Source of the DNA: Candidatus Dojkabacteria bacterium
Lineage (GTDB): Bacteria > Patescibacteriota > Dojkabacteria > GCA-002793355
Assembly (NCBI GenBank): GCA_030583685.1
Contig: CP129470.1
Location: 810,754 to 874,753 of the forward strand
Reading direction: 5' to 3'
Length of the DNA stretch: 64,000 nucleotides
Shown: in pieces, positions 1-6,814 of the stretch
How the letters are laid out: every line of letters begins with the position of its first letter
How positions within the stretch are numbered: the first letter of the stretch is position 1
The notes under the pieces: model-generated
What the model saw: only the letters and a program-made list of their open reading frames with translations
What the model was told of the DNA's origin: nothing
The model's database searches: none
Program-made: the position numbers and the translations under genes

Positions 1-360
1 AAAGTAACCCCTGAAATGTTGCGAGAACTCGTTCAGCGACTCCATGAAGGGAAAATTACCGCACCAAGCGCGAAACAGATTCTGGCAGAAATGCTTGTAT
101 CAGGGAAATCGCCAGATGCACTTATAACGGAACTCGGTCTTGAAGCAGTTTCTGACGAAGGAGCTATCCTTGATGTGGTGAAGCAGGTACTTGCTGCCAA
201 TCCAAAAGTCCTTGAGGACATGAAGAAAAATCCCAATGCGTACAAGTTCCTTATTGGACAGGCAATGAAACAACTCGGTGGCAAGGCAAATCCGCAGCAG
301 GTCGATGCATTACTGGTAAAAGAATTGGGTGTTACAGAGGGGGCGGAGTCTATTCAATAG
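1..360 (+). CDS. gatB: Asp/Glu-tRNA(Asn/Gln) amidotransferase subunit B, C-terminal fragment (5' end outside window)
   Basis: The frame is open from nt 1. The GatB/YqeY-type C-terminal helical domain is recognisable (..AKQILAEM..NPKVLEDMKKNP..KFLIGQAMKQLGGKANPQQV..). Confidence 0.75.
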   Translation, partial: KVTPEMLRELVQRLHEGKITAPSAKQILAEMLVSGKSPDALITELGLEAVSDEGAILDVVKQVLAANPKVLEDMKKNPNAYKFLIGQAMKQLGGKANPQQVDALLVKELGVTEGAESIQ

Positions 361-1432
361 TAAAATCAAAATCAGAAATATTGCCAACCCTAACGGGAGC
401 GTGTTCTTCAACCGGTACTGGCTTTTCTTCTGGAATCACAATATCTGCAAGGTGGTAACAGGTTCCTCGCCCTTTTCCGACTGAGGTGATGAGCCCTTTT
501 GTATATAAATCGTTTAAGTCTCTGAAGGCGGTAGCAATGGCAACATTCATCATTTTCGCATATTTTAAGCGTGTTATTTTCTTAAATTGTTTAAAGTGCG
601 TCAGAATCTTTAATTGTCGATCATTCAAAGATGCTCTAATATGCGGCGCAATCGATGATTGGTGGCGTAATGTATCGTCGATTGTATCAAGTTCCGTGAG
701 GAATTGCGTTGACACTTTTTCGGCGAAAGTTGTAAAGTGCTCAGGAGCGGAATCGAAGGTAAAATCGGTTCTTTGCAGTTGTTTCCACAGGGTTGTCATA
801 ATTGGCGTGACGCCGGAACTCCAATAGCGAGTTGGCTTAACAATTGCATATGCCGAGAGTAACGCGGTCTGCAGGTTGAATTGCAAAAATGGATACGCAT
901 AAATGAGGTGATATACTGTCATGCTCGCGAGGAGAAATGGATGAACCGAATTGTCGGGGAAGGATAATACTTGTCGTAATTCAGTCCAGAGCGAATAGGT
1001 GAAATTAGGGGGTCTGTTCCGTAGGCTATCATGGGCGAAAAGCGGAGCTTCGTGTGCTGCTCGGTGTTTTCCCTCCTCCCAAAAATCGGTAAACCCGTCA
1101 GAAATAAGTTTATTGATGTGCTGCAATACTGCTGAAGTAAACGCACCTTCACGAAGGGTTTTTGTATATTTCATGACCGCAACCATGTTAAAGAGCAACC
1201 GTTGTTGAGGATTAGTAGGCTTTGTTATCGGAGAATCCAGATAGAGTTTTGCATCATCGGCAAGAAGGGGGAGTTCGATGGTTTCTGCAAGAGTGATAAT
1301 TTCATTGAGTTGTACGTCTGCAGCACGCTTTCGATAAAAACTGGTATGGTCAGCAGTTCGTGGTAAAGAGGTTAGAGTTCGCTCTACAGCGGTAAGGGTG
1401 GTAACAAGTTTGTGGGATATGGTCAATTCCAT
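350..1432 (-). CDS. Fic/DOC-family-like protein with a degenerate Fic motif and a C-terminal winged-helix
   Basis: Fic core-like region HPFLLASMTVYHLIYAYPFLQFNLQTALL. The canonical HPFx(D/E)GNGR is replaced by YPFLQFNLQ. The C-terminus has GKGRGTCY, typical of the wHTH found in Fic proteins. Confidence 0.5.
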   Translation of the reverse strand: MELTISHKLVTTLTAVERTLTSLPRTADHTSFYRKRAADVQLNEIITLAETIELPLLADDAKLYLDSPITKPTNPQQRLLFNMVAVMKYTKTLREGAFTSAVLQHINKLISDGFTDFWEEGKHRAAHEAPLFAHDSLRNRPPNFTYSLWTELRQVLSFPDNSVHPFLLASMTVYHLIYAYPFLQFNLQTALLSAYAIVKPTRYWSSGVTPIMTTLWKQLQRTDFTFDSAPEHFTTFAEKVSTQFLTELDTIDDTLRHQSSIAPHIRASLNDRQLKILTHFKQFKKITRLKYAKMMNVAIATAFRDLNDLYTKGLITSVGKGRGTCYHLADIVIPEEKPVPVEEHAPVRVGNISDFDFTIE

Positions 1433-1462
1433 ATCGTAATCGTATCATGTGAAACGGGGATG

Positions 1463-1984
1463 TCAATCTGACACGAGGAAACTCTGAATGTAATTTTTAA
1501 GTTTTTCGTCGAACTCTGCGGGAGTCGCGCGAGCGAAATAGTCGTAAAAAATTCTCCGAATTTCTTGGGGTGTGTCATCAAATGGTAGGGTAACTACTTT
1601 TGAATTGAAAATTGGGGATCCTTTGTGTTGACTGGTAACCCTTAATTTGGCGAGGAAACGACGCTCAGAATCTTGTATAGTTTGCGTTAGTGCAAATTTA
1701 CCAGTAATAGTTCCTGAAGAAGAAAATTGAAAACTTAGAGTCAGTTCGCGAATCGTTTGTTTTGATGTTTTCGTACCAAAATTAATTGCACCTTCACCAT
1801 TTTTAACGTCAATCGCTATGATAATAGGCTGAGACTTTACGTCAATCCTCACAACCTTAATTTGCGAGGATTCACCATCATCAAGGGCGACGCTTCTCAA
1901 TTCAGGTATATCCAAGATATCACCAAGATTTGTAATGGCGCGTCGTGCATGTGTTTCATATGGTAGCTTTTTATCTGGTGCCAT
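1463..1984 (-). CDS. hypothetical protein (possible PD-(D/E)xK-like nuclease fold)
   Basis: 173-aa ORF starting at ATG 1984 (a TTG at 1990 is also in frame). Contains LDD..(13 aa)..RIDVK..IAIDVK, a PD-(D/E)xK-like pattern. A TATAAT sits just upstream on the minus strand. Confidence 0.4.
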   Translation of the reverse strand: MAPDKKLPYETHARRAITNLGDILDIPELRSVALDDGESSQIKVVRIDVKSQPIIIAIDVKNGEGAINFGTKTSKQTIRELTLSFQFSSSGTITGKFALTQTIQDSERRFLAKLRVTSQHKGSPIFNSKVVTLPFDDTPQEIRRIFYDYFARATPAEFDEKLKNYIQSFLVSD

Positions 1985-2022
1985 AAACAATTATACTATA
2001 GCGAGACCTGCTTGGTATAGTA

Positions 2023-2051
2023 TTGACACTCCTAGTAGCGTGATGTATAAT
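2023..2051 (+). promoter_or_regulatory. sigma70-type promoter (TTGACA-17 nt-TATAAT)
   Basis: Perfect consensus -35 (2023-2028) and -10 (2046-2051) with a 17-nt spacer, in the divergent intergenic region. Predicted TSS is about 2058, coinciding with the in-frame GTG. Confidence 0.55.
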
Positions 2052-2057
2052 TCTCTT

Positions 2058-2924
2058 GTGAAAACGCCACTGTTTGTGAAAATTAAAGAATCTCGACTCG
2101 CCGCGTCATTGACGCAAAAAGAGCTTGCGCATCGCCTTGGTTGTACTGAGGTGATGGTAAGTCGGTACGAGCTAGGGACTGTGCCTGTTTCAATCGAACG
2201 ATTGCAGCAAATTGCAAACATTGTGGGTAAGCCTATTTCCTACTATTTTGATGACGAGGAAAAATCGTTCAAACCAAAAAATCATCGGAAAGAAAAAGTA
2301 TTGAAAAGCGCCTTTGTGTTTGATTTGGACGATACACTCGTTGATGGACGAAAGTTTTGTGGAGAAACAATAGCTCGTGCAATTACCAGTCAAGTTCCCT
2401 CCGCCAACTTTGATTTAATCTGTCAGATGCATGATTCAATCCGCGGTTTGGCAATCGAAGATTTATACCATGAGATTCTGAAGCAATTGCAAATTAAAGC
2501 AGATGTCAAAAAACTCCTTGCTTATGACCGAGTGATTCAATCAGAAAGTGTCTACAAGTTACAGATTTTTGAAGGTGTTGTTGAAATGCTAGAATTTTTG
2601 AAATCACGAGGCAAGAAATTGTACATTTGCACGAATCGAACTCGTTCGTTACTCGATCAAGTGCTTGCTGTTAATGGAATAGGGCATTACTTTGATGAAG
2701 TCGTCTCTTGTGTTGATGCTGGGTATAAAAAACCAAACCCTACGTGTTTGCACGAAATTATTACAAAAACGGGAATTCCTCGCGAACAGTTTATTTACTT
2801 TGGAGATAGCGAAGTCGATTCTCAATTTGCACAAAACGCAGGAATAGAGCATATTATCTTTGATCAATACATGAACAATAATAATCTGTTTTCGAAATTG
2901 GTTAATATGTTTTTGGAAAAGTAA
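2058..2924 (+). CDS. XRE-family HTH domain fused to a HAD-superfamily hydrolase
   Basis: N-terminal HTH (LTQKELAHRLGCTEVMVSRYELG..SIERLQQIANIVG). HAD motif I FVFDLDDTLVD, motif II ICTNRT, motif IV FGDSEVD. The start is uncertain: GTG 2058 (leaderless), GTG 2076 or ATG 2043. The ORF-track start at 1935 overlaps the divergent gene and was rejected. Confidence 0.6.
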   Translation: MKTPLFVKIKESRLAASLTQKELAHRLGCTEVMVSRYELGTVPVSIERLQQIANIVGKPISYYFDDEEKSFKPKNHRKEKVLKSAFVFDLDDTLVDGRKFCGETIARAITSQVPSANFDLICQMHDSIRGLAIEDLYHEILKQLQIKADVKKLLAYDRVIQSESVYKLQIFEGVVEMLEFLKSRGKKLYICTNRTRSLLDQVLAVNGIGHYFDEVVSCVDAGYKKPNPTCLHEIITKTGIPREQFIYFGDSEVDSQFAQNAGIEHIIFDQYMNNNNLFSKLVNMFLEK

Positions 2925-3220
2925 TGGGAGGAGTAGGAACAGGATTTCCGCGAGAAGTTCTTTTGCCTCGTGTCGCAGAAAAAATTTCATGGGGAACGTT
3001 GGTTGCTCACCATTCTCACGATAATAAAATACAGGCAAAAAGAATGTTGAGACAATCCGAGCTCTTACACCGCATTGGCCTTTTTACAAAACGAGAAAGG
3101 TTACGATTTGAAGATCCTTTCGACTTATTAAAACAAGTACAGTCAGAAAATACCTATACGGCAACGGACACAGATATAACTGAAGCATTCGGTATTTTGG
3201 GTTATACCTGTATAGTATGA
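2924..3220 (+). CDS. hypothetical small protein
   Basis: 98-aa ORF with no recognised motif. Its stop overlaps the next ORF start (ATGA). Confidence 0.3.
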   Translation: MGGVGTGFPREVLLPRVAEKISWGTLVAHHSHDNKIQAKRMLRQSELLHRIGLFTKRERLRFEDPFDLLKQVQSENTYTATDTDITEAFGILGYTCIV

Positions 3221-3522
3221 AGCATAGGGTTTCGACAGAACTATTTTTTCCAAATGAACCATTGTTCTTACTCATTGATAATAAGAATCTCCGCTTGCAA
3301 GTATATGTTGAATACATCTTGGAATTTCGCAAGATGATTATTGATGAGCATATGAAGCTTATGAAAAAACATCGGCTTGAAACTGGCTCACGGTTACTTG
3401 GTAAAAATCAGTTACTCACTGTATGGTTACGAGAACCTGCAGTACCCAAGGAATTACACTGGTTTCTTATTCGTGAATTGCATCATCTTGAGCGAGAGGC
3501 CAGTAACGGGAATATTCATTAG
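3217..3522 (+). CDS. hypothetical small protein
   Basis: 101-aa ORF coupled to the upstream ORF by a 4-nt overlap. No motif recognised. Confidence 0.3.
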   Translation: MKHRVSTELFFPNEPLFLLIDNKNLRLQVYVEYILEFRKMIIDEHMKLMKKHRLETGSRLLGKNQLLTVWLREPAVPKELHWFLIRELHHLEREASNGNIH

Positions 3523-3527
3523 TCGTC

Positions 3528-3821
3528 TTACTTAAACCATTTTGCAGCATTTGGTCGATGGTGAGGACAGCCAGCCCAGCAACAAGGCCTTTTTTTCCCT
3601 TCGAGGATTTCTTTTTTCAAACGGACTAGGTGATTGTCGCGCGTTTCTTGTTTCTTTACATAAATAACCCAGCAGATCCATTCATTTCGAGCGAGAGGGG
3701 TTAAATTATTCCATTTTTCGAGGAGTGTTGCATTTGATTGCAAAATCTCTTTTAAATCTTTCGGAACGGTGTGTTTGACCCCTGATGCAATCATATTCCA
3801 GTATACCAGATTACAACTCAA
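3528..3821 (-). CDS. YdeI/OmpD-associated family protein (DUF1801-like)
   Basis: RNEWICWV..KKQETRDNHL..GKKRPCCWAGCPHH signature resembling the YdeI-like family. Confidence 0.55.
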   Translation of the reverse strand: MSCNLVYWNMIASGVKHTVPKDLKEILQSNATLLEKWNNLTPLARNEWICWVIYVKKQETRDNHLVRLKKEILEGKKRPCCWAGCPHHRPNAAKWFK

Positions 3822-4401
3822 GTGCGTCCGACACTTTTTGCATTGACGTTAAGCTTACCTCGATAAACTTTTCGATGGGCATATTGAGCCCTTCAGCTTT
3901 TTCACAGAGGGCAACCTCGTCACGTCGTGTGCCAGCTGCGAATTTTGGTTCTTTAAGGAAGCGTTTAAGGACAGAGGAGACTTTTACGTCAGCAAGCTTT
4001 CGCGAAGGATACACATACGCAACTGCGGTAATCAATCCGGTGAGACTATCAACGCAAAAGATCGACCATTCTGCAAGATTCTTCGGCTGATAGCCAGTTA
4101 AATCGGGTGCGTGTGCTTTAACGATATTGAGTACGGTGTCGGAAATCTCGAGTCCATATTTTGCAAGCATATCGCGGGTGTGTTGGGGATGTTCTTCCTT
4201 AAACTCACCTCCGAAATCACAATCGTGAATGAGCCCTGCTAAAAGCCAGTCTTCTTTTTTTGGCTCGTCTGCAGTGATACGACCTTGGCTTTCAAGATAG
4301 TCGTAGAGTCCATCCATACATGCTTCTACAGCAAAAGAGTGACGCACAATGTTTGGTTCAAGTTGTTGCTGCAACGCAGCGATAAAGTCTTTTCTTTCCA
4401 T
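3811..4401 (-). CDS. HD-domain phosphohydrolase
   Basis: H..HSFAV ... LLAGLIHDCD metal-binding HD motif. Confidence 0.7.
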   Translation of the reverse strand: MERKDFIAALQQQLEPNIVRHSFAVEACMDGLYDYLESQGRITADEPKKEDWLLAGLIHDCDFGGEFKEEHPQHTRDMLAKYGLEISDTVLNIVKAHAPDLTGYQPKNLAEWSIFCVDSLTGLITAVAYVYPSRKLADVKVSSVLKRFLKEPKFAAGTRRDEVALCEKAEGLNMPIEKFIEVSLTSMQKVSDALEL

Positions 4402-4492
4402 TGAGAAGTATATCGAAAAATGAAGGAAGTTAAAAGAAGTCGTTCCAATCTTTCATATCTTCTTTTTGTCCGATTTCAGTGTAAAATAGCTC

Positions 4493-5347
4493 ATGCCACG
4501 ACAAAAACGCGCAATTATTACGGGTGTTACCTCAGGTTTAGGGTTGGAAGTTTCAAAAAGTTTGGCAAAGCTTGGGTATGACTTAGTATTGGTCGGAAGG
4601 AATGAGGCAAAATTACGTGAAATTGCCGCAGAACTCGAAGCATTATCACCAAACAAAGCAACAATCGACTATTTTCTGTGTGATTTCGAGCAGCTCGATC
4701 AAATGGCAGCGGTCAGCAAGCTCATTGGAAAAGCCTATCGTGAAATCGATGTGGTCATTAATAATGTGGGTATTTGGGAAACGAAACAACGACTCAATGA
4801 AAATGGCTTTGATATGACATGGACGGTAAACTATTTCTCACCATTTGTATTTACGCACCAGTTACTCCCCACGCTGCGATTGACTGCACAGGAAACACAG
4901 GATGTTCGAATTGTAAACTTGACTTCAGATGCACACCGTTTTGGAAAAATTACGTTTCCGCTTGAGAAGCAACCATTTCACTTTTTCAGAACTTATGGCT
5001 CCACAAAATTGGCGAATTTGTTACACGCCAAATATTTGGCGTCTTTGTTTGCGGAAGAAAACATTCGCGTGAATGCAGTACACCCTGGTGTCGTCGCAAC
5101 GGAATTTTGGCGTACGCTGCCCAATCCTGTCATTAAAACGATTAAACTGTTGATGATTTCTCCTGAAGAGGGCGCTAAAACGGTTTTATCTGTTGCTGCA
5201 GCCCCGAATTTGACTGCGTCAGGGCAGTATTTTGAAAGAATGAAGTCGGTCGTCCCGAGCGAATTGGCACGAGACACAACGTTGATGAATACGCTATATC
5301 GAGAAACGACGGTTTTATTGGCTGAATTTTTACAAACAACGACATGA
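4493..5347 (+). CDS. short-chain dehydrogenase/reductase (SDR)
   Basis: TGVTSGLGLEV Rossmann motif, NNVG, and catalytic YGSTK (YxxxK). Confidence 0.85.
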   Translation: MPRQKRAIITGVTSGLGLEVSKSLAKLGYDLVLVGRNEAKLREIAAELEALSPNKATIDYFLCDFEQLDQMAAVSKLIGKAYREIDVVINNVGIWETKQRLNENGFDMTWTVNYFSPFVFTHQLLPTLRLTAQETQDVRIVNLTSDAHRFGKITFPLEKQPFHFFRTYGSTKLANLLHAKYLASLFAEENIRVNAVHPGVVATEFWRTLPNPVIKTIKLLMISPEEGAKTVLSVAAAPNLTASGQYFERMKSVVPSELARDTTLMNTLYRETTVLLAEFLQTTT

Positions 5348-5919
5348 TTATTGGCATCCAAGGAGGAAAAGGAAGTTTTAATGAGTTGGCATTGCAAGAT
5401 TTCTGTGAAAGAAACGATTTGTCTGGTGTTCAGGTGAAATATCTCTTTACCACGGAGAAGGTGTTGCAGGCATTAGTTGCAGGAGAAATTACCTATGGCC
5501 AGTTTGCTATTCACAACACGCTGGGTGGATTAGTTATTGAAACTCTCTCAGTATTAGGGACATATTCGTTTCAGGTGGTTGAGCATTTTAGCATTGCAAT
5601 TCGGCATAATTTGATGAAATTACCCTCAGTCTCAACAAAGGAACTCACTGAGATTATGGCGCACGATCAAGTATTGAAACAATGTGCCGGAACATTGCAG
5701 AAAAAGTATTCGCACCTTGAGCAAAAAACTGGTGAAGGAGATTTAGCAGACACGGCTGCAGCTGCGCAGGCACTTTACGAAGGAAAAATGCCAGAGGCCA
5801 CGGCTATACTCGGAAATCCTCTCCTTGCAGATTTATACCAACTTGAAACTATTGCCACCGATTTGCAAGACAGTGCAGACAACCGAACAACCTTTCTGAT
5901 AGTCAGCAGGCGAGAGTAA
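5344..5919 (+). CDS. prephenate dehydratase catalytic (PDT) domain protein, no ACT domain
   Basis: IGIQGGKGSFNE start and NRTTFLIV near the C-terminus (TRF-like PDT signature). At 191 aa it is too short to include the regulatory ACT domain. Confidence 0.45.
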   Translation: MIIGIQGGKGSFNELALQDFCERNDLSGVQVKYLFTTEKVLQALVAGEITYGQFAIHNTLGGLVIETLSVLGTYSFQVVEHFSIAIRHNLMKLPSVSTKELTEIMAHDQVLKQCAGTLQKKYSHLEQKTGEGDLADTAAAAQALYEGKMPEATAILGNPLLADLYQLETIATDLQDSADNRTTFLIVSRRE

Positions 5920-5928
5920 GGGTATAAT
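5900..5928 (+). promoter_or_regulatory. putative promoter of tRNA-Ser (TAGTCA-17-TATAAT)
   Basis: -10 TATAAT at 5923-5928 and a 4/6 -35 at 5900-5905. The tRNA 5' end lies 9 nt downstream. Confidence 0.4.
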
Positions 5929-5937
5929 ACCGAGTGA

Positions 5938-6024
5938 GGAGGGGTGGCTGAGTGGTTGAAGGCACTGCTCTCGAAAAGCAGCATACGGTTTTCCGTATCG
6001 AGGGTTCGAATCCCTCCCCCTCCG
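5938..6024 (+). tRNA. tRNA-Ser (anticodon CGA), class II with a long variable arm; CCA not encoded
   Basis: Hand fold gives acceptor GGAGGGG/CCCCTCC, D-arm GCTGAGTGGTTGAAGGC, anticodon stem-loop CTGCT-CTCGAAA-AGCAG, variable hairpin ATACGG-TTTT-CCGTAT, and T-arm GAGGG-TTCGAAT-CCCTC. Closely resembles E. coli tRNA-Ser. Confidence 0.9.
6007..6024. repeat. 18-nt direct repeat, copy 1 (tRNA-Ser 3' end CGAATCCCTCCCCCTCCG)
   Basis: An identical 18-mer recurs at 6275-6292. Confidence 0.8.
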
Positions 6025-6265
6025 TTTTATATTTTTCTCTCCTTCCCTGTTCAAAACAACCAGTTGTTTCTCACGACGGTCAGGATCCGAAAAATATAAA
6101 AAACGGCAAAGCAAGAAGGAGAGGAAAGTATAAAAATGAAATGGTGAGGGATGAAGAAACCCAAGGAGAACAGACAGTTCTGTTCGACGCAGGGCGGGGC
6201 TGCGCGCAAGGTCCGATAGAACTTACGATGTAGTATTTCAGAGCTGAAGCATGAAGCCTGAAATA

Positions 6266-6295
6266 CAAGGGTAGCCGAATCCCTCCCCCTCCGCC
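6266..6295 (+). pseudogene. tRNA 3' fragment (degenerate T-arm plus acceptor 3' strand plus CCA)
   Basis: The T-loop is expanded to 9 nt and there is no D-arm or anticodon arm, so it is not a functional tRNA. Confidence 0.4.
6275..6292. repeat. 18-nt direct repeat, copy 2 (att-like duplicate of the tRNA-Ser 3' end, followed by CCA)
   Basis: CGAATCCCTCCCCCTCCG followed by CCA. It is preceded by a degenerate T-arm-like AAGGG-TAGCCGAAT-CCCT. Confidence 0.8.
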
Positions 6296-6341
6296 AATTT
6301 TCACTTTTTGTGAAATCGTAAGAAACAGCCTCGGCTTTCTT

Positions 6342-6380
6342 CCCGCCCGCAGGAGGGGTCTGGGGAGGAATGCGGGCGGG
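6342..6380 (+). other. GC-rich perfect 10-bp inverted repeat (CCCGCCCGCA...TGCGGGCGGG) with a 19-nt loop, followed by ATTTTG
   Basis: Seen directly in the sequence. Possible terminator or protein-binding palindrome in the non-coding tRNA-to-HTH spacer. Confidence 0.4.
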
Positions 6381-6512
6381 ATTTTGAACCTTTCCTTTTT
6401 CGCTTCCGAATTTCGTATTTTGCAAAGTAAAATGCGCCACCAATGAAGATGTTGCCCTTGACCCACCCAACCCATTCGCGGGCAACGCTAAGGAACTCCC
6501 TAAAATTTTTCT

Positions 6513-6575
6513 TTGACTAAATGCTAAAAATTTCATATACTAACTATTGATAAGTGATATTTTTAATACTATACA
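6513..6575 (+). promoter_or_regulatory. tandem sigma70-like promoters upstream of the HTH gene
   Basis: TTGACT(6513-6518)-17 nt-TATACT(6536-6541), and TTGATA(6547-6552)-17 nt-TATACA(6570-6575). Confidence 0.45.
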
Positions 6576-6600
6576 ACTATCATAGTAAAACTATACGAAT

Positions 6601-6810
6601 ATGTCAAAGGAAAAATCCACAATCGCAGACAATATAAAGAAATACCGAAACAAGCTCGGCATTTCGCAGGATCAGCTTTCAAAAAAGGCGGATTTAGCTT
6701 TTCATACGATTGCAAAAATTGAAGCTGGCTCTACTCCTAACCCAACCATTGAAACAGTTAAAAAAATAGCGGACGCTCTCGGTGTTTCGCTTGATGATTT
6801 AATGAAATAA
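6601..6810 (+). CDS. XRE-family HTH protein (controller/C-protein-like, 69 aa)
   Basis: LGISQDQLSKKADLAFHTIAKIEAGS..PTIETVKKIADALGVSLDDL. It ends 4 nt before the nuclease gene. Confidence 0.75.
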   Translation: MSKEKSTIADNIKKYRNKLGISQDQLSKKADLAFHTIAKIEAGSTPNPTIETVKKIADALGVSLDDLMK

Positions 6811-6814
6811 AAAT

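Noticed and set aside
1935-2057. ORF-track start of the XRE-HAD gene at ATG 1935
   Set aside because: It would overlap the divergent upstream gene by 50-plus bp and lie upstream of a perfect consensus promoter whose predicted TSS coincides with the in-frame GTG at 2058.
5938-6302. Possibility that tRNA-Ser 5' end plus the downstream CCA-bearing copy form a tmRNA
   Set aside because: The upstream piece folds as a complete class II tRNA-Ser with D, anticodon and variable arms. No tag-peptide reading frame ending in AA-stop or pseudoknot series is evident between the copies. An att-type duplication is the simpler explanation.
5952-6536. ORFs 5952-6233 (+), 5833-6114 (-), 6051-6536 (-) and 6080-6475 (-)
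   Set aside because: They overlap the tRNA-Ser gene and its duplicated fragment, have low-complexity Gly/Arg/Pro-rich translations, and lie in a spacer full of palindromes. They are treated as non-coding.
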